Shown here piece after piece: positions 43,895 to 54,422 of a stretch of DNA of 64,000 bases. The stretch's first letter is position 1. Every line of letters begins with the position of its first letter. The notes beneath the pieces were generated by a model. It saw only the letters and a program-made list of their open reading frames with translations, was not told the origin of the DNA and did not search any database. The stretch lies in assembly GCA_963847445.1 (NCBI GenBank), contig CAWJZV010000004.1, forward strand, positions 64,001 through 128,000. Reading direction: 5' to 3'. Position numbers and translations under genes: made by a program. This DNA is from an uncultured delta proteobacterium (lineage in GTDB: Bacteria; Desulfobacterota; Binatia; UBA9968).

Positions 43895-44553
43895 CGTTCC
43901 AGCGGCGGTTGAATGAGCACCTGGCCTTCATCCTTGATCAGACCATCGACGAGCACCCGGCGCCCGCTGACATGCAGGCGGCCTTCGGCGTAAAGCTGAA
44001 TCGCGCGGGGATAGATTCGATGCTCTTGCTTGAGAATCCGCGCCGCCAGTGATTCTTCCGTATCGTCGGGAAAAACCGGCACGACCGCTTGGATGATGAT
44101 CGGCCCCTCGTCGCACTCTTCGTTGACGAAATGCACCGTGCAGCCGGCAAAGCGCACGCCATGGTCGACGGCCTTCTTCTGCACATGAAGACCGGGGAAT
44201 GACGGTAGCAAGGCCGGGTGAATGTTCATGATGCGATTGGAGTAGGCCTTGATGAAAACCGGCGAGAGCAAACGCATGAAGCCGGCGAGCGACCACCAAC
44301 TCGACGCCGCGCCCGCGCAACAGATCGACTACCGCTTGATCGTAGGCTTCACGGCTCGGATACGCCTTGTGGTCCAAGACTTCGGTGGGGATGCCGTGAT
44401 TTTGCGCCCGCACCAGACCGAAAGCGTCGGCTTTGTTGCTCAAAACCAATTCGATCTTAGCGTCGAGTTTTTTAGCCTCAATGGCGTCGATGATCGCCTG
44501 CAGATTGGTACCGCCGCCGGAAAGCAAAACGCGATGGGAACTTGTCTTGCCAT
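43891..44553 (-). CDS. purN: Phosphoribosylglycinamide formyltransferase; frameshifted
   Basis: LSGGGTNLQAIID, AGFMRLLS, NIHPALLPSFPG, GCTVHFV, GPIIIQ. Confidence 0.95.
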
Positions 44554-44559
44554 ATTATT

Positions 44560-45603
44560 TTAAGAACGAATCGTTGCGCCCTTCGCTCCTTGGCGAATTT
44601 CACCGACGACAAAACTGCGCTCGCCAATGCGTTTCAGCGTTCGGACAACCGGGTCGGCGTCTTTCTTGTCGACGACGAGAATCATGCCCAGGCCCATATT
44701 GAACGTCGCGTCCATCTCCGGCTGGGCGACCGCGCCGATTTTTTGAATCAAGCCGAAGACCGGCGGCACCGGCCAACTCGCCCGCTCAATCACCGCGTGC
44801 CGCCCTTGCGGCAATACCCGCGGCAGATTGCCGCTGATACCGCCGCCGGTGATATGCGCCGCGCCTTTGATGCGAAATGCGCCGAACAGCTCCTGGTGAT
44901 TTTAGCGTAAATGCGCGTCGGTTCGAGCAGCTCTTCGCCGAGGGTGCGACCGAGCTCGGGAATACGCCGGCTTAATTTCAATCCGCCCCGTTCGAGCAGA
45001 ACCTTGCGCGCCAGCGAATAGCCGTTGCTGTGCAGTCCGCTGGCAGGGATGCCGATCAAGACATCGCCGGGAGTGATCGCCGCCGGCATCGATAATTTTC
45101 TTTTTCTCCAAAGCACCGACGACAAAGCCGGCGAGGTCGTACTCGCCTTTAGGAAAATCACCGGGATGCTCGGCGGTCTCGCCGCCGATCAGCGCACAGC
45201 CGGCCTGGCGGCAGCCGGCGGCGATGCCGCGCACCACCGCTTCGGTGATTTTCACGTCGAGCTTGCCGCAGACGAAGTAGTCCAGAAAAAACAGCGGCGT
45301 CGCGCCCTGAGTCAAGATATCGTTGACGCCCATGGCGACCAGATCGATGCCGATGGTGTCATGAACGCCGGTCTGAAAGGCGATCTTCAGCTTGGTGCCG
45401 ACACCGTCGGTGGACGAGACCAAGACCGGATCGCGATAGCCGCGCGATTTAAGATCGAATAGCGCGCTGAAGCCGCCGACGCCGGCGAGCACGCCGGGTA
45501 CCTTGGTTTTCTTGGCGATGGGGCCGATGCGCCGCACCAGTTCATCGCCGGCTTCGATGCTGACGCCGGCCTGGGCGTAAGTGAGACCTTTTGGAGTTGT
45601 CAT
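44560..45603 (-). CDS. purM: Phosphoribosylformylglycinamidine cyclo-ligase; frameshifted
   Basis: [43 protein letters not shown]. Confidence 0.95.
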
Positions 45604-45695
45604 TCGAATCTAGATTCATGTTCGAAGTCGTTACCGGTGGAGGCGATCATGCCTACGCCATCGCCAAGCATCATAGCGCACTGAGAACAGAAATT

Positions 45696-46508
45696 TCACA
45701 TGGTCGAGCCGATTGCCGTGGCATTGGCATCGCTGGCCGAGGCGAGCAGAGCGCGAATCTTGAGGGTGTATTCACCGAACTTGACCGCACTCATCATTTC
45801 CATGGTGCGTGGCCGCGGTAAATCGATGGCGATGGTCTCCAACAAGCGGCCCGGCCGCGCCGACATGACGAACACCAGGTCGGAGAGAAACACCGCTTCT
45901 TGAATGCTGTGAGTGACGAACAGGACGGTCTTCTTGCGCTCTTCCCAGATGCGCAGCAGCTCCATGTCCAACTCGTCGCGGGTCATGGCGTCGAGCGCGC
46001 CGAAGGGCTCGTCCATCAACAACAGCTGCGGGTCGGTCACCAGCGCGCGGCACAGCGAGGCGCGCTGCTGCATGCCGCCGGAGAGCTCGTGCGGATACAT
46101 CTCTTCGAAGCCGTCCAATCCGACGAGCTTGATCAAGGCGCGCGCCTTGTCGGCATAATTGGCGACATTGAGTTTAGCGAACTCCACCGGCAGGAGCACG
46201 TTGCCCAGCACCGAGCGCCATTTGAGCAGCACCGGCGCCTGGAAAACCATGCCGACATTTTCCAGCGGACTATCGACCCGATGGCCGGCCACCGTGACCG
46301 TGCCGAAGGATGCCGGCATCAAGCCCGAGATGATTTTCAGCAACGTGCTTTTGCCGCAGCCGCTCGGACCGACGATGGCAACGAAGTTGCCCGGTTGGAT
46401 GTCGAAGGAGACATTATCCAGCGCCGTAACGGTCCGGCTCGCGGTCGAGAACACCCGCGAGACTTGTTGGACGGCGATCAGCGGCGGCACGTCATCACTT
46501 TCGACCAA
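45696..46508 (-). CDS. NitT/TauT-family ABC transporter ATP-binding protein
   Basis: GPSGCGKST, LSGGMQQR, MDEPFGALD, FVTHS. Confidence 0.93.
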   Translation of the reverse strand: MVESDDVPPLIAVQQVSRVFSTASRTVTALDNVSFDIQPGNFVAIVGPSGCGKSTLLKIISGLMPASFGTVTVAGHRVDSPLENVGMVFQAPVLLKWRSVLGNVLLPVEFAKLNVANYADKARALIKLVGLDGFEEMYPHELSGGMQQRASLCRALVTDPQLLLMDEPFGALDAMTRDELDMELLRIWEERKKTVLFVTHSIQEAVFLSDLVFVMSARPGRLLETIAIDLPRPRTMEMMSAVKFGEYTLKIRALLASASDANATAIGSTM

Positions 46509-46515
46509 GGGCAGG

Positions 46516-47530
46516 TTAGCGCTTGATAAACTGGTTGGTGTAGACTTCTTTGGCGCTCACCTTGCGGCCGACATCGAAGTACTCGTTGACCACCCTGACA
46601 GTTTTTTCCATGATCTCGGGCTTCATGTAACCCATGCCGACATTGACCGACTCCAACGGCAGGAACACTTCGGTCAGTGCGTTCTTGAGCTGCTGCGTGG
46701 TCAGCGACCGAATCGAGTTCGGGTTTGTGCTTGAGCAGAATCTTTAGCGCCTCTTCCTGATTGTCGCGCGCATATCGCAGCCCTTCCAAAGTTCCTTCGA
46801 CATAGGCGCGCACGAACTCCGGCCGTTTTTTGACATCCTCATCCTTGACGATCAGACTGGTGCCGTAAATATCCAGACCGGTGTCTTTCATGAACACGCG
46901 GCTGAGCTTGACGCCGACCTTCGATGCCGCCATCTCGGCGACTTCATCGTTGGACGCCCGGAACATAATAATGAAGTCGGCTTTCTTGGTCGCCAACGCC
47001 GCGGGCTGGATCGGCGCCGCGGTTTCTTGAATCTTGATCGCTTTGAAATCGATCTTGTTGATGCGCGCGTAGGCCGGCATCAGGAACCACTGCGCCTGCC
47101 CCGGGCTGATCGCCAACGATTTACCGGGAAGATCCTTGATGCTTTTGATCACACCCTCGTCGCGCCACAGAATCGTCGCGCCGACATAACCGAACTGCGC
47201 CGCCGCTTGCACCGGTGTGCCGCGGGATTTGGCGACGATCATGGTCGCGGCATCGGCGAAACCGAAGTCGGCGCCGCCGGAACCGATGGTGCGCACGGTG
47301 TCCGCCGAGCCGGTGCTCGCCTGAATCGTCGCCGCCAAACCGCGCTTGGCGTAGAAACCTTTTTCCAAAGCGACATACCAGGGCGCATGCTTGCCGCCGA
47401 TGATGAAGTCCATGCGCATGTTCGCCGGCGTCAGCTCGGCCGCCGGGGCTGAATTCACCGCGCCAAAAACCGGCAGCGCCAAGAGCGCCGCAGCCACAGC
47501 AGCCGTCGCTGTCTCGAATAGAGATTTCAT
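46516..47530 (-). CDS. NitT/TauT-family ABC substrate-binding protein (NMT1-like); frameshift near 46700
   Basis: Signal peptide, HAPWYVALEKGFYAKRGL, GSADTV, DLPGKSLA, corrected C-terminus YTNQFIKR*. Confidence 0.88.
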
Positions 47531-47552
47531 CGTTTCCTCCGCATATGGAAAA

Positions 47553-48329
47553 TCAAAACGAACCTTCGACTTCGCGCACCGCCGCGCTCCAGGGCGCCAG
47601 TTTTCTCTGGCAAAACTCCGCCAACCAAAATAGGCCGAGAGACAACACCGCGAGAATCAGCAAGATCACCAGTGCGAACGCCGTATCCAAACTATAGTTG
47701 GCTTGCAGGACCAAATATCCCAAGCCTTCGTTGGCGGCGACAAACTCGGCGACGATGGCGCCGGTGACCGACAGCACGATGGCGACCTTGATACCGGCGA
47801 ACATATAGGGCAGCGAGTTGGGCAGGCGGATTTTTTTAAAGACATCCCAAGCCGAGCCGCGGTTGATGCGCGCCAGCTCCAACAGCTCGGGCTCGACTTC
47901 TTTCAGTCCGACCACGGTGTTGACGACGATGGGAAAAAACGCCACCAGGAAAGCGATGGAAATCTTCGAAAACATGCCATAACCGACCCAGATCACCATC
48001 AGCGGCGCAAACGCGCTTTTCGGCATGGCGTAGAGAATCACGATCAATGGATAGATGGTGTTTTGCAAGTGGCGTGAGTAAACCACCGAAATGGCGAAAC
48101 CAACGCCGAGAATCAGCGAAAGTGCGAAGCCGCCGAAGGCTTCAATGAAAGTGATCAGTGAATGGTGGCCCAAGATCGGCAGTTTTTTGAAGAACGCAGT
48201 CCACAAATCCCGCGGCGGCGGCAAGATAAACGAGGGAACCTTGATGACTTCGACGAGGATTTCCCACAATACCAATAGGACGAGAAAGAAGACCACCGGC
48301 TCGGCGACATTTTTCCAAGAAGATTTCAC
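47553..48329 (-). CDS. NitT/TauT-family ABC transporter permease
   Basis: ILPPP, PKSAFAPL, FFPIVVNT..G, LPNSLP..FAG, GAIVAEF...GLGY. Confidence 0.92.
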   Translation of the reverse strand: MKSSWKNVAEPVVFFLVLLVLWEILVEVIKVPSFILPPPRDLWTAFFKKLPILGHHSLITFIEAFGGFALSLILGVGFAISVVYSRHLQNTIYPLIVILYAMPKSAFAPLMVIWVGYGMFSKISIAFLVAFFPIVVNTVVGLKEVEPELLELARINRGSAWDVFKKIRLPNSLPYMFAGIKVAIVLSVTGAIVAEFVAANEGLGYLVLQANYSLDTAFALVILLILAVLSLGLFWLAEFCQRKLAPWSAAVREVEGSF

Positions 48330-48680
48330 AGCTGCACTCCGCGCCGACGTTAATGGAAAGCTTCCGTGGAGTCAAGAAATTGCCCGAGGCAATGATTTTT
48401 CAGAAGCCGGACAAGCTCGACGCACCACGGTCGATGGCGGCGAATTGCGCGATCACGGCGATATGTTGGAAAAGAGCGCAACGGTTACAGCAGCAGGAGC
48501 GCCATGGCACAGAATAAGTTTACCGCCACCGCGCTTATACGAAGCCTGGCCGGTGCTTTCTCGCCCCGACCGCGTCGAAGGCTTCGAGTTCTTGCAACGG
48601 AACGACGCCGAATCGTTTTTCCTGCAATTGGACGCTCGCAACCGCGCCAATTCGGTGCTCGACCTGGCGCCGGGTGAACG

Positions 48681-48767
48681 CCGCTGGTCGCAACCTTGGT
48701 CGACGTCACCGGTCTGGTGATCTATTTTACCGTCGCGGCCGTGGTCCTGCGCGGCACTCTGCTATAG
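48681..48767 (+). pseudogene. 3' remnant of a second mgtE gene
   Basis: Frame reads PLVATLVDVTGLVIYFTVAAVVLRGTLL*, the last TM helix of MgtE, with no upstream mgtE sequence. Confidence 0.75.
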
Positions 48768-48807
48768 GACGGAAGCAATCTCTCGGCAGTCAATTCCGAC
48801 TCCGGCC

Positions 48808-48836
48808 TTGAACCTTTGAACTTTTGAACCTTGAAC
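48808..48836. repeat. TTGAAC array with 7-8 nt period
   Basis: TTGAAC at 48808, 48816, 48824, 48831. Confidence 0.8.
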
Positions 48837-48867
48837 GCACCGCGACCGCGGTAACGCGATCACTGAC

Positions 48868-50028
48868 CTAAGGTTCTTCCTGCTCGTGCTTCAACTGGCT
48901 ATGCTCAAGCTGCGTCTCGCGCTTGCGCCGGATCATCTCGCGCTCCTGGGCGAGGAAACGTTCGACGGCGCGGCGAAACTGTCCGTCGACGATGTAGTGA
49001 ACGCTGGTGGTGTGTTCCGGGTCGAGACCGCGCAATTGCTTAAAACTGCCGCCGGCGCCGGCCTCGAAGCGTTCGAGGCCGGTGCGAATCGAATGCTCGA
49101 TGGCCGAGTAGTAACAGACATTGAAGTGAAGAAACGGATGTTCCTCGGCGCATCCCCAGTAGCGGCCATACATCGCCTGGTCATCGCGCACGTTGAAGGT
49201 GCCGGCAATGATTTTGCCGTCGCGCTCGGCGAGCATCAAGCAGAGATGGGCGGCAAAGCGTTTGTGCAGTTCGTCAAAAAATTCCTGGGTCAAATACTGC
49301 CGGCCGTAATACAGCCGGTCGACATGGCCCTTGTATAGGCGAAACATCGTGCGCAGCTGTTTTTGCGTGAGCTCGGCGCCCTCATAGGCGCGGATCGTGA
49401 TGCCGCGTTCGGCCACCTCGCGCCGCTCGCGCTTAACTTTGTTACGCCGGTCACTGCGAAAGCTGCCAAGATAGTCATCGAAGGAATTAAAGCTGCGATT
49501 CTGCCAATGATACTGAATGCCGTGGCGTGGCAAGAAACCCACCGCTTCGAGCGCCTCGCGTTCGTCGGCCAGGCAAAAGTTAACATGCACCGACGAGATC
49601 TTGTTGTCGGCGGCGATCTTGGCCAGCGCCTGGCCCATGAACTGAATCAACTGCGGCCGGTCTTCGCCCGGCGCGGTGATGAAACGGTGGCCGGTCACCG
49701 GCGTGAACGGCACGCCGACCAGCATCTTGGGATAATATCGGATGCCCGCATGGTGCGCCGCCTCGGCCCATTCGTAGTCAAAAACGAACTCGCCCATGCT
49801 GTGCAGCTTCAAATACATCGCGCAGGCCGCAATCAACGCACCGTCCTTTTCCACGACAATATGATGCGGCAACCAGCCGCTCTGATCGTTGACACAGCCC
49901 GACTGTTCGAGGCTTTCCAACCAATCCCACTTGAGAAACGGCGTCGCCGCGCCGACCAGCGCATCCCAACGCTCGCGCGGCACATCGGCAATTTTCTGCA
50001 CCACTCGCAGGCTAATTTGCTCGGCCAT
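48868..50028 (-). CDS. FemAB-like GNAT family protein (DUF482)
   Basis: YLKLHSMGEFVFDYEWA, YYPK, PFTPVTG, QYHW.N..F.SFDDYL, YGRYWG, LHFNVCYY. Confidence 0.9.
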   Translation of the reverse strand: MAEQISLRVVQKIADVPRERWDALVGAATPFLKWDWLESLEQSGCVNDQSGWLPHHIVVEKDGALIAACAMYLKLHSMGEFVFDYEWAEAAHHAGIRYYPKMLVGVPFTPVTGHRFITAPGEDRPQLIQFMGQALAKIAADNKISSVHVNFCLADEREALEAVGFLPRHGIQYHWQNRSFNSFDDYLGSFRSDRRNKVKRERREVAERGITIRAYEGAELTQKQLRTMFRLYKGHVDRLYYGRQYLTQEFFDELHKRFAAHLCLMLAERDGKIIAGTFNVRDDQAMYGRYWGCAEEHPFLHFNVCYYSAIEHSIRTGLERFEAGAGGSFKQLRGLDPEHTTSVHYIVDGQFRRAVERFLAQEREMIRRKRETQLEHSQLKHEQEEP

Positions 50029-50185
50029 GATTCTAATCCTAGCTGATACTTTGGCTCTTTTATACTTTTACGCCAAAGATTGGAATCGGAACCGCTTTTG
50101 GCGCGTTGATACCCCTTGGGCCCGGCGCCCACCCTTGACAAGCCGTCCCGGCGCCCTTATTGATTGTCTCAGCGGTCGATTTCTT

Positions 50186-50632
50186 ATGGTAATTTACAAT
50201 CTCCTCTGTAAGAAGAAACATAGCTTCGAAGGCTGGTTTCCGAGCTTCGAAGATTTCCAGAAACAGGCCGACAAAAAACTTATCTCCTGTCCCACCTGCG
50301 GCACCACCAAAGTCGAAAAAGTGCCGCACGCCTGCGCCGTCCATGTCAAGAAAGAGCAGCCGCCCGCGCCGCCAGCAAAGAATCCGGCACCGGCACCGGC
50401 TGCGCCGCCGAGCGCCGCTGAATTCAAGGAAATGCTCCTGCGCGTCCATCACTACGTCAAAGAGAACTTTGAAGACGTCGGCCCACGCTTCGCCGAGGAA
50501 GCCAAGCAGATCCACAAAGGCGAAGCGGCTGAGCGACCGATTCACGGCACCGCCACCATCAGCGAGGTCAAAGAGCTCGCCGAAGAAGGCGTGCCCTGCA
50601 TGCCGCTGCCCAAACCCGAGCTCGATAGCTAA
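50186..50632 (+). CDS. DUF1178 family protein
   Basis: MVIYNL.C...HSFEGWF, CPTCG, FEDVG.RFAEEA..IH.GE...RPIHG, EL.EEG. Confidence 0.88.
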   Translation: MVIYNLLCKKKHSFEGWFPSFEDFQKQADKKLISCPTCGTTKVEKVPHACAVHVKKEQPPAPPAKNPAPAPAAPPSAAEFKEMLLRVHHYVKENFEDVGPRFAEEAKQIHKGEAAERPIHGTATISEVKELAEEGVPCMPLPKPELDS

Positions 50633-50862
50633 TCTTGGTTCCCGCAGAATTCTCATGCAAAGCGCCGCTAGCGGCGCTTCATGTTTCATACCATGCAGCA
50701 AAGCCGTCCGCTCTTCAGAAGTCACCATGCCCAGCTGTCATGCTGAGCAAAGCGAGGAGTTTCGTCCTCCTTCGCGGCGTAAGCAGGTATCGTAACATCC
50801 TCCCTTGCATTCGCCGCGCTTCTACGAAATAGAATCGTCAGTGCGCTGAAACGGGAGGTTCC

Positions 50863-51945
50863 ATGCTGCTGATCAATAACAAAGTCGTCGAACAAATCCT
50901 CGACATGAAGGGCTGCATCGAAGCCCTCGATACCGGCTACCGCGACCTGGTCAACGAACGCGCCAACTACCGCGGCCGTTACGACTTCTTCGTGCCCAAC
51001 GACGATCCTAAACTGATGTACCGCTGGGGCACCATGGAAGGCGCGTCGCGATCCTTCGAGACCTTCGCGATCAGAATGAAGTCCGACATGCTCGAGTGGC
51101 CCGATGGCAAGACCGTGGAAAAGTACTGCGTCCAGCCCGGCACCTTCTGCGGTTTTGTCATGGTTTTTTCGACCAAGAACGGCGAACCGCTGGCGATCAT
51201 CAACGACGGCATCATCCAGCACATGCGCGTCGGCGCCTGCGCCGGCCTCGGCGTGAAGTATCTCTCCCGCGAAGATTCCAAAACCGTCGGCATTTTCGGT
51301 TCCGGCGGCATGGCGCGCACCTATCTCCTGGCGTTCAACGAGGTGCGCAAGATCACCAAAGTAAAAGTCTACAGCCCGACCAAGAAGAATCGCGAAACCT
51401 ACGCCGATGAGATGGGCAAAAAATTGGGCATGGAAATCATTCCCGTGGACAAACCGGAAGAAGTCCTGCGCGGCTCCGACATCGTCGCCACCTGCACCGA
51501 TTCAATCCAAGTCTTGGTCAGCGATCCAGACCTGATTGAATCCGGCATGCATCTCACCTGCGTCAAAGCCAACGAGTGGAGCCCCGAGATCGTCAAGCAG
51601 TCCGACGTAGTGATTCGCATGGGCCGCCCAACATTGAATCTCGATGTCGGCCAGCTGCGCATCGGCGGCGAAGCCGCCGTGGTCGCCGGCAACGCCGAAG
51701 AGATCAAGCGCATCGCCAATCCGAAGGTCGACATCTTTTCCAGAGACTATCCGCTGCTCACCGACGTCATGGCCGGCAAGCTCCAAGGCCGCACCGACAA
51801 GAACCAAGTCACCTTCTTCGCCAACAGCGGCACCCAAGGATTGCAATTCGCTTCCACCGCCGGCTGCGTCGTCCGCGAAGCGAAAAAACGCGGCCTCGGC
51901 CAAGAGATTCCCACCGATTGGTTTTTGCAGGATATTCGCGACTGA
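50863..51945 (+). CDS. Ornithine cyclodeaminase / mu-crystallin family protein
   Basis: GEPLAI, RVGA, VGIFGSGGMA Rossmann motif, VYSPT, DIVATCT, GRT..QVTFF. Confidence 0.88.
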   Translation: MLLINNKVVEQILDMKGCIEALDTGYRDLVNERANYRGRYDFFVPNDDPKLMYRWGTMEGASRSFETFAIRMKSDMLEWPDGKTVEKYCVQPGTFCGFVMVFSTKNGEPLAIINDGIIQHMRVGACAGLGVKYLSREDSKTVGIFGSGGMARTYLLAFNEVRKITKVKVYSPTKKNRETYADEMGKKLGMEIIPVDKPEEVLRGSDIVATCTDSIQVLVSDPDLIESGMHLTCVKANEWSPEIVKQSDVVIRMGRPTLNLDVGQLRIGGEAAVVAGNAEEIKRIANPKVDIFSRDYPLLTDVMAGKLQGRTDKNQVTFFANSGTQGLQFASTAGCVVREAKKRGLGQEIPTDWFLQDIRD

Positions 51946-52020
51946 GCGCGGCTGAAGCAATCGTCGATTTCCAGAATGTTGCGATTAGCCGAAGACTTTC
52001 GCGCGCGTTGAATCTAAACA

Positions 52021-52112
52021 TTCCCCGCAGCTTGCTGCGGGTACCATCAAATGGGGAATCCAAAGGGGGCGAGCATCCCCTTTGGTCGCGTGCGGGGTTA
52101 ATACCCCGTACG
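52021..52112. repeat. Cluster of short hairpins, REP-like
   Basis: CCCGCAGCTTGCTGCGGG; CCAAAGGGGGCGAGCATCCCCTTTGG; CGCGTGCGGGGTTAATACCCCGTACGCG. Confidence 0.65.
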
Positions 52113-52165
52113 CGAAATGCCTTGTTTATTGTTTCTCCGTTCGTGCTGAGACTGTCGAAGAACTC

Positions 52166-52831
52166 CTAAGAATCTTTCGAACTCACCAGCGAAGCAGCGT
52201 TCCACTCTGAATGTTTCGGCAGCAAGCCGCGCGCACTGAGCGTCCGCGCCACGCGCGCTTGATAGAGCTGCATCAACTGCAGCGCCACAGCATCTCCTTC
52301 AATAATTCCCAGCGCAGCGGCGATAGCCAGCAGTGTCGCCATTCCTTCCCGCCGGCTCTGGGCGCGCAACTGAAAGGCCGAATCGTTCGGCGTGCTGATC
52401 TTTACCCGCGGCACGTCTCTGAGTTCGAGTTGGCGGGAATGAATCTTGCGCGCTTGGCGCCAGGTGCCGTCAGGCACGATCAACTGAATCGGCCTCGGCT
52501 CTTGGGCAACCAGCGCCGGAGTGAGTTCGACGGCATCCGCGCTCGGGTAAAACAGCAACGACCGATAGTGCGGAGACAGCAAATCGCTCAGATCGAGCGT
52601 TTCCCGGCTCTCGCCGCGTATGCGCAATTCGCTATTGACCAGCGCTCGGCGCGCCAGCATGCCGGTGTTGCTGCTGCGCAACAGCTCGTGACGATGGATC
52701 ACCAGCGTCACCTTCGTGCGCAAATCCAAGCGCGGCAACACCGCGCACATGCACAGCGTCAGCGACGAGCCACAGGCCGAACAGCGCTGCTTTGCTTTGC
52801 CGATACCCTTCAACGATAGTTTCCTCGACAA
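52166..52831 (-). CDS. DTW-domain tRNA-uridine aminocarboxypropyltransferase (TapT-like)
   Basis: RCSAC...CMC, HRHE...SSNTG, LFYP, IVPDGTWRQARK, LR, T..AIA.AL..IE. Confidence 0.88.
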   Translation of the reverse strand: MSRKLSLKGIGKAKQRCSACGSSLTLCMCAVLPRLDLRTKVTLVIHRHELLRSSNTGMLARRALVNSELRIRGESRETLDLSDLLSPHYRSLLFYPSADAVELTPALVAQEPRPIQLIVPDGTWRQARKIHSRQLELRDVPRVKISTPNDSAFQLRAQSRREGMATLLAIAAALGIIEGDAVALQLMQLYQARVARTLSARGLLPKHSEWNAASLVSSKDS

Positions 52832-53177
52832 ACTTATAACTTTCCATACGGGACAATGCCATCGGCAAGTTTGTCGAATCGCTGCCGACTCCGATTCTCG
52901 TCACTCCGACGCAGGCCGGAATCCTGGCGTCCGATACCGTTGAAAAACGGTGGCCAGGGGGATGATGGTCTGGATGGCGGTTGGAGTTTATCCTGAGCCG
53001 CGTCGAAGAGCGTGCATGAAACGGAATTTTGCTGCGCAGGAAGCATGCCCTGAGCGCGCGCGAAAAACGTGCGGCTTCAACCGACCCCGAGCGCAACGCT
53101 ACGATTTTCTTGGCTTGTAAAAATCCGGCCGCGGGAATAAGTACAAACACGATAGTCTGAAGCACCGGGAAGCCGCC

Positions 53178-54422
53178 ATGTCCCTAAAACAAAAACTTTC
53201 AGATCAGGTTCGCGAACTGCGCCAAACCGATTCGATTCTCTGGATGATCGCCTTGGGCCATACCTTTACCCACTGGTGTCCGGCCACTTTCTATTTGCTG
53301 CTGCCGTTCTTGGTTAAGGAAATGGGACTGACTTACAGCCAAGCCGGTTTTCTGGTCACGATCCGCGCCGCGGCCAATCTGTTGATCAATATACCGGCCG
53401 GCATGCTCGTCGACTTGATCGGCAAGAAGGCGCTGCTGATGGCGCTCGCGCTGGTCGCCACCGGCGTGCCCTACTTTCTCGTCGGCGTCAGCCAGAACTA
53501 TTTTTGGATCGCTTTGTTCATGGCGTTTGTCGGTGTCGGCAATTATCTTTGGCATCCGGCGGCGATCTCGACGCTGTCGGAGCGCTATCCCGACAAACGC
53601 GGCTTTGCCATCGCGATCCACGCCATGGGACCCAACGTCGGTGAAAGCCTGGCGCCGCTGTTCGTCGGCATCTTGTTGCTCTACCTATCCTGGCGCAACG
53701 TGCTGTTCATCAATTTGATTCCAGGAATCGTCATCGCCTTCGTCCTGTGGAAGTTTCTCTTTGGCAAGCTCGAAAGCCGCGCCCAGGCGCAAAAAGGCTT
53801 GTCAGCAAAAGAGTACTTTTCCGGCATGAAAAAGCTCGCGCAGAACCCGAGCATTCTCATGCTCGTCCTGGTCGCCGGCATGCGCTCGATGACCCAGCAA
53901 GGGTTGCACACGTTCATTCCGATCTACCTGACTAACGACCTTGGACTTTCGAGCGCCGTGGCCGGGCTCTATCTCTCGGTCATCCAAACCGCCGGCCTGG
54001 TCGGCACCCCCATCGCCGGCAGCATCTCCGATCGCAGCGGCCGAAAGCGCGTCCTCTCCGCCGGCCTATTTTCCACCAGCATCGCGCTCGTGGTGCTCGC
54101 CTACTTTCGCTTGAATTGGTTATTTATCAGCGGCCTGGCGATGCTCGGCTTTTTCCTCTACGCCGTGCGGCCGGTGATCTGGGCCTGGGTGCTCGACCTC
54201 AGTCCCAAGGAAGTCGGCGGCAGCACCGTGAGTTTTTTCTCCGGCGCGCAGTCATTGCTGAGCTCGGTATCGCCGTGGTTGTGCGGACTCATCGCCGACC
54301 GCTGGGGCATCTTGAGCGCCTTCTATTTTCTCGCCGGCACGGTGTTCGTCGCCAATCTCATCGTCATGGCGATCCGTGAAGAAGGCAAAGAGCCGGCGGC
54401 GCTCGTGCAAGAGCCAGCATAA
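53178..54422 (+). CDS. MFS transporter
   Basis: About 12 hydrophobic segments, AGMLVDLIGKK, WHPAA, GSISDRSGRK. Confidence 0.92.
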   Translation: MSLKQKLSDQVRELRQTDSILWMIALGHTFTHWCPATFYLLLPFLVKEMGLTYSQAGFLVTIRAAANLLINIPAGMLVDLIGKKALLMALALVATGVPYFLVGVSQNYFWIALFMAFVGVGNYLWHPAAISTLSERYPDKRGFAIAIHAMGPNVGESLAPLFVGILLLYLSWRNVLFINLIPGIVIAFVLWKFLFGKLESRAQAQKGLSAKEYFSGMKKLAQNPSILMLVLVAGMRSMTQQGLHTFIPIYLTNDLGLSSAVAGLYLSVIQTAGLVGTPIAGSISDRSGRKRVLSAGLFSTSIALVVLAYFRLNWLFISGLAMLGFFLYAVRPVIWAWVLDLSPKEVGGSTVSFFSGAQSLLSSVSPWLCGLIADRWGILSAFYFLAGTVFVANLIVMAIREEGKEPAALVQEPA

